NCBI GenBank assembly: GCA_964558275.1
Contig: CAZLDH010000005.1
Location: 1-37,379 of the forward strand
DNA from: an uncultured Chitinophagaceae bacterium
Lineage (GTDB): Bacteria > Bacteroidota > Bacteroidia > Chitinophagales > Chitinophagaceae
Direction of reading: 5' to 3'
Length of the DNA: 37,379 nt
Part shown: piece by piece, positions 35,414 through 37,379 of the stretch
Layout: every line of letters begins with the position of its first letter
Position numbering within the stretch: the stretch's first letter is position 1
Position numbers and translations under genes: made by a program
Notes under the pieces: model-generated
Told to the model about the DNA's origin: nothing
The model's database searches: none
Seen by the model: the letters and a program-made list of their open reading frames with translations, nothing else

Positions 35414-35421
35414 CAAAGATA
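35414..35421 (-). promoter_or_regulatory. -7 promoter box TATCTTTG immediately upstream of the His-rich ORF
   Basis: This is a perfect TAnnTTTG on the minus strand, ending 4 nt before ATG 35409. That spacing implies a leaderless or near-leaderless transcript. Confidence 0.4.
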
Positions 35422-35463
35422 GATTTTTTTGAGAGATAAAAAATTTAACTGTACCTTAATCAA

Positions 35464-36057
35464 ATGAATTTCTTAGCCCATGCTTATCTTTCTTTCGGAA
35501 ATCCTAAGATTTTAACCGGAAATTTAATAACCGATTTTATGCGCGGCCACAAGAAAGAAGAATTTCCATCCGGCATACAACACGGCATTGAGCTACATCA
35601 TAAAATTGATACTTTCACGGACAACCATCCGGCAACGCTAAAAGCCAAAGAGTATTTACGTCCTACAACCGGAAGATATTGCGGCGTATTCTTGGATGTG
35701 GTCTATGACCATTTTTTAGCTACCGACGCTCAAATTTTTCCTGATTCCACTTTGGCTCAGTTTAGTCAAGATATTTATAGTTTATTAGATCAAAACACAG
35801 CCTTTTTCCCTGAAAATTTTCAAAGAATATATTATTACATGAAAAAAGAGGACTGGCTCTATAATTATCATACAAAAAAGGGTATTGGAAATTCCTTCAA
35901 CGGCGTATTCAGGCGAGCAAAATATTTAGAAAGGACAAACGCAGCTTACAAAACATTTCTTACACATTATGATGAATTTCAAAATGCGTACGATAACTTT
36001 ATGCCTGATATGATTGTGCAAGCCAAAGATTTTTTAACAAAACAGAGATGTTATTAA
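35464..36057 (+). CDS. acpH: acyl carrier protein phosphodiesterase
   Basis: The N-terminus MNFLAHAYLS...GNLITDFMRG...HHKIDTFTD...LDVVYDHFL parallels E. coli AcpH (MNFLAHLHLA...GNLLADFVRG...HRRIDVLTD...LDVMWDHFL) as I recall it. Confidence 0.88.
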   Translation: MNFLAHAYLSFGNPKILTGNLITDFMRGHKKEEFPSGIQHGIELHHKIDTFTDNHPATLKAKEYLRPTTGRYCGVFLDVVYDHFLATDAQIFPDSTLAQFSQDIYSLLDQNTAFFPENFQRIYYYMKKEDWLYNYHTKKGIGNSFNGVFRRAKYLERTNAAYKTFLTHYDEFQNAYDNFMPDMIVQAKDFLTKQRCY

Positions 36058-36196
36058 TCCATGAATGAATATCTTATTTTAAATTGCTCATTTCATTTCA
36101 AACTTTTATTTTTGTTCACTGTTCTATAAAAGAAAGATAATCTTAGGTTTATCAGTTTTTTTTAACACTCTATTTATTATTCTTAGTAACTTTTTT

Positions 36197-37264
36197 ATGC
36201 AATCAATCTATTTAAATACGGCCGGCACAGGCTTGCTTTCCGCTGAAGCAATTCATGCAGCTAAAGGTTTTTTGGAACAAGCAGCTCTAAATTCTACTAC
36301 AGCTTTTCATATCTGGATGGAACATAATTTACCGGAATTAAGAAAAGATGCGGCAACTCTCTTTGATGCAAATGAAAATGAAGTTGCTTTTCTTCCCAAT
36401 TTTTCTTTTGCGCTATCCTCCGTACTGCAAGGATTATCCGGAAAATTAAAAAAAGTTTTACTTTATGATGCAGACTATCCCTCCTTGAATATGCCTTTTG
36501 AGGTGGGGAATTTCGATATATACAAAGTGAAAGATACTGACGGATTTCATATTCCGACCAAATTCATTATTGAAAAAATACAGCAGGAAAAGATTGAAAT
36601 TGTCGCACTCAGCCATGTACAATTCCTTACCGGATTTAAAGTAGATATAGAAACAATCGGAAACTTTTGTAAGGAAAATGGAGTTATATTTATCGTAGAT
36701 GGAACGCAAACGATGGGCACAACGCCGGTTAGCTTTAAACAACTATCTGCCGATGTGTTGATAGGCAGCAGTTATAAATGGCTTAATGGAGGTCCCGGTT
36801 CTGCCACGCTGCTAATTAAAAAAGATTTTATTGAAAAATATCCTCCGGCAATTGCAGGTTTTGGCAGCTTAGATAAATCAGATGGGAAAGATTGGAAATA
36901 CACGCCCTCCAATCTCAGTTTTGAGCCGGGACATTTGAATCCTACCGGCTTATTACAACTCCATGAAGGTATTAAACAAAAATTAAGAATGGGGCTGGAG
37001 GAAATATCCCAACATAATTCGAAGCTCATCAAACAACTTCATGACGGATTATTGAAAACCTCTTTTGACATTATTGGAAAAGAAGATCTGGAAAACAGAC
37101 TTCATATTCTTATTTTCAAAGCCTCCCAACAAGTAGCAGATCGTCTGCAGGATGCAGGATTTTCTATTACTTGGCGCAAAAACACCATCAGAGTGAGTCC
37201 ACATTATTATAATACTGAAGAAGAGATTGATTCTTTTTTAAGTGAAGTTGACAAAAAATCCTAA
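36197..37264 (+). CDS. aminotransferase class V-fold PLP-dependent enzyme (cysteine desulfurase / kynureninase-like fold; specific activity unknown)
   Basis: The 355-aa product has the PLP-lysine context GSSYKWLNGGPG and the aspartate region FIVDGTQTMG. Its overall length is short for IscS/SufS. Confidence 0.8.
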   Translation: MQSIYLNTAGTGLLSAEAIHAAKGFLEQAALNSTTAFHIWMEHNLPELRKDAATLFDANENEVAFLPNFSFALSSVLQGLSGKLKKVLLYDADYPSLNMPFEVGNFDIYKVKDTDGFHIPTKFIIEKIQQEKIEIVALSHVQFLTGFKVDIETIGNFCKENGVIFIVDGTQTMGTTPVSFKQLSADVLIGSSYKWLNGGPGSATLLIKKDFIEKYPPAIAGFGSLDKSDGKDWKYTPSNLSFEPGHLNPTGLLQLHEGIKQKLRMGLEEISQHNSKLIKQLHDGLLKTSFDIIGKEDLENRLHILIFKASQQVADRLQDAGFSITWRKNTIRVSPHYYNTEEEIDSFLSEVDKKS

Positions 37265-37334
37265 CTCATCGTTCAAAACCCAAAGCTTCTCTCATAATTC
37301 ATCAATTATAATTCACCATTATACACAGAAATAT

Positions 37335-37342
37335 TATCTTTG
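37335..37342 (+). promoter_or_regulatory. -7 promoter box TATCTTTG upstream of the terminal partial ORF
   Basis: This is a perfect TAnnTTTG ending 6 nt before ATG 37349. Confidence 0.35.
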
Positions 37343-37348
37343 CCCACT

Positions 37349-37379
37349 ATGGCTAAGAAACAGAATCCTTTACAGAATT
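37349..37379 (+). CDS. start of an unidentified ORF (MAKKQNPLQN...), truncated by the window end
   Basis: The ATG is preceded by a -7 box. Only 10 codons are visible, so no identification is possible. Confidence 0.3.
   Translation, partial: MAKKQNPLQN

Overview
AT-rich chromosomal segment with clear Bacteroidota hallmarks: a SusC/SusD pair, an ECF-sigma/FecR pair, and recurrent TAnnTTTG -7 promoter boxes. No rRNA, tRNA, CRISPR array, transposase or integrase could be recognised. Most of the window is densely packed housekeeping: kdsC, topA, pyrB, pyrR, an mpl-like Mur ligase, aroQ, lepB, galE, dprA, guaB, acpH, a DnaQ-like exonuclease, a GT2 polyprenol-phosphate mannosyltransferase and an AraJ-family MFS pump. 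Four parts look accessory or unusual. (1) A minus-strand polysaccharide-utilisation locus at 5346-14821 (ECF sigma, FecR anti-sigma, STN-domain SusC, SusD) has a single glycosidase, a GH2 enzyme, and that gene is split by a frame change near 13943-13977. (2) A 392-bp intergenic region at 18194-18585 carries a perfect 13-bp inverted repeat flanking 193 bp, plus a second crossing inverted repeat and nested palindromes. (3) A tightly coupled three-gene operon at 29414-32504 encodes a secreted, C-terminally anchored protein built from three tandem Ig-like (NEW3/CARDB-type) domains, an ABC ATPase and an ABC-2 permease. I consider this the best candidate for an uncharacterised system. (4) A small His-rich membrane-anchored protein lies upstream of a TonB-dependent receptor, with a 10-bp-arm palindrome between them. 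Several ORF-track entries carry false N-terminal extensions because the caller started at the TTG inside the -7 box, and I corrected those starts. All functional calls rest on motif and family recognition by eye, with no database search.
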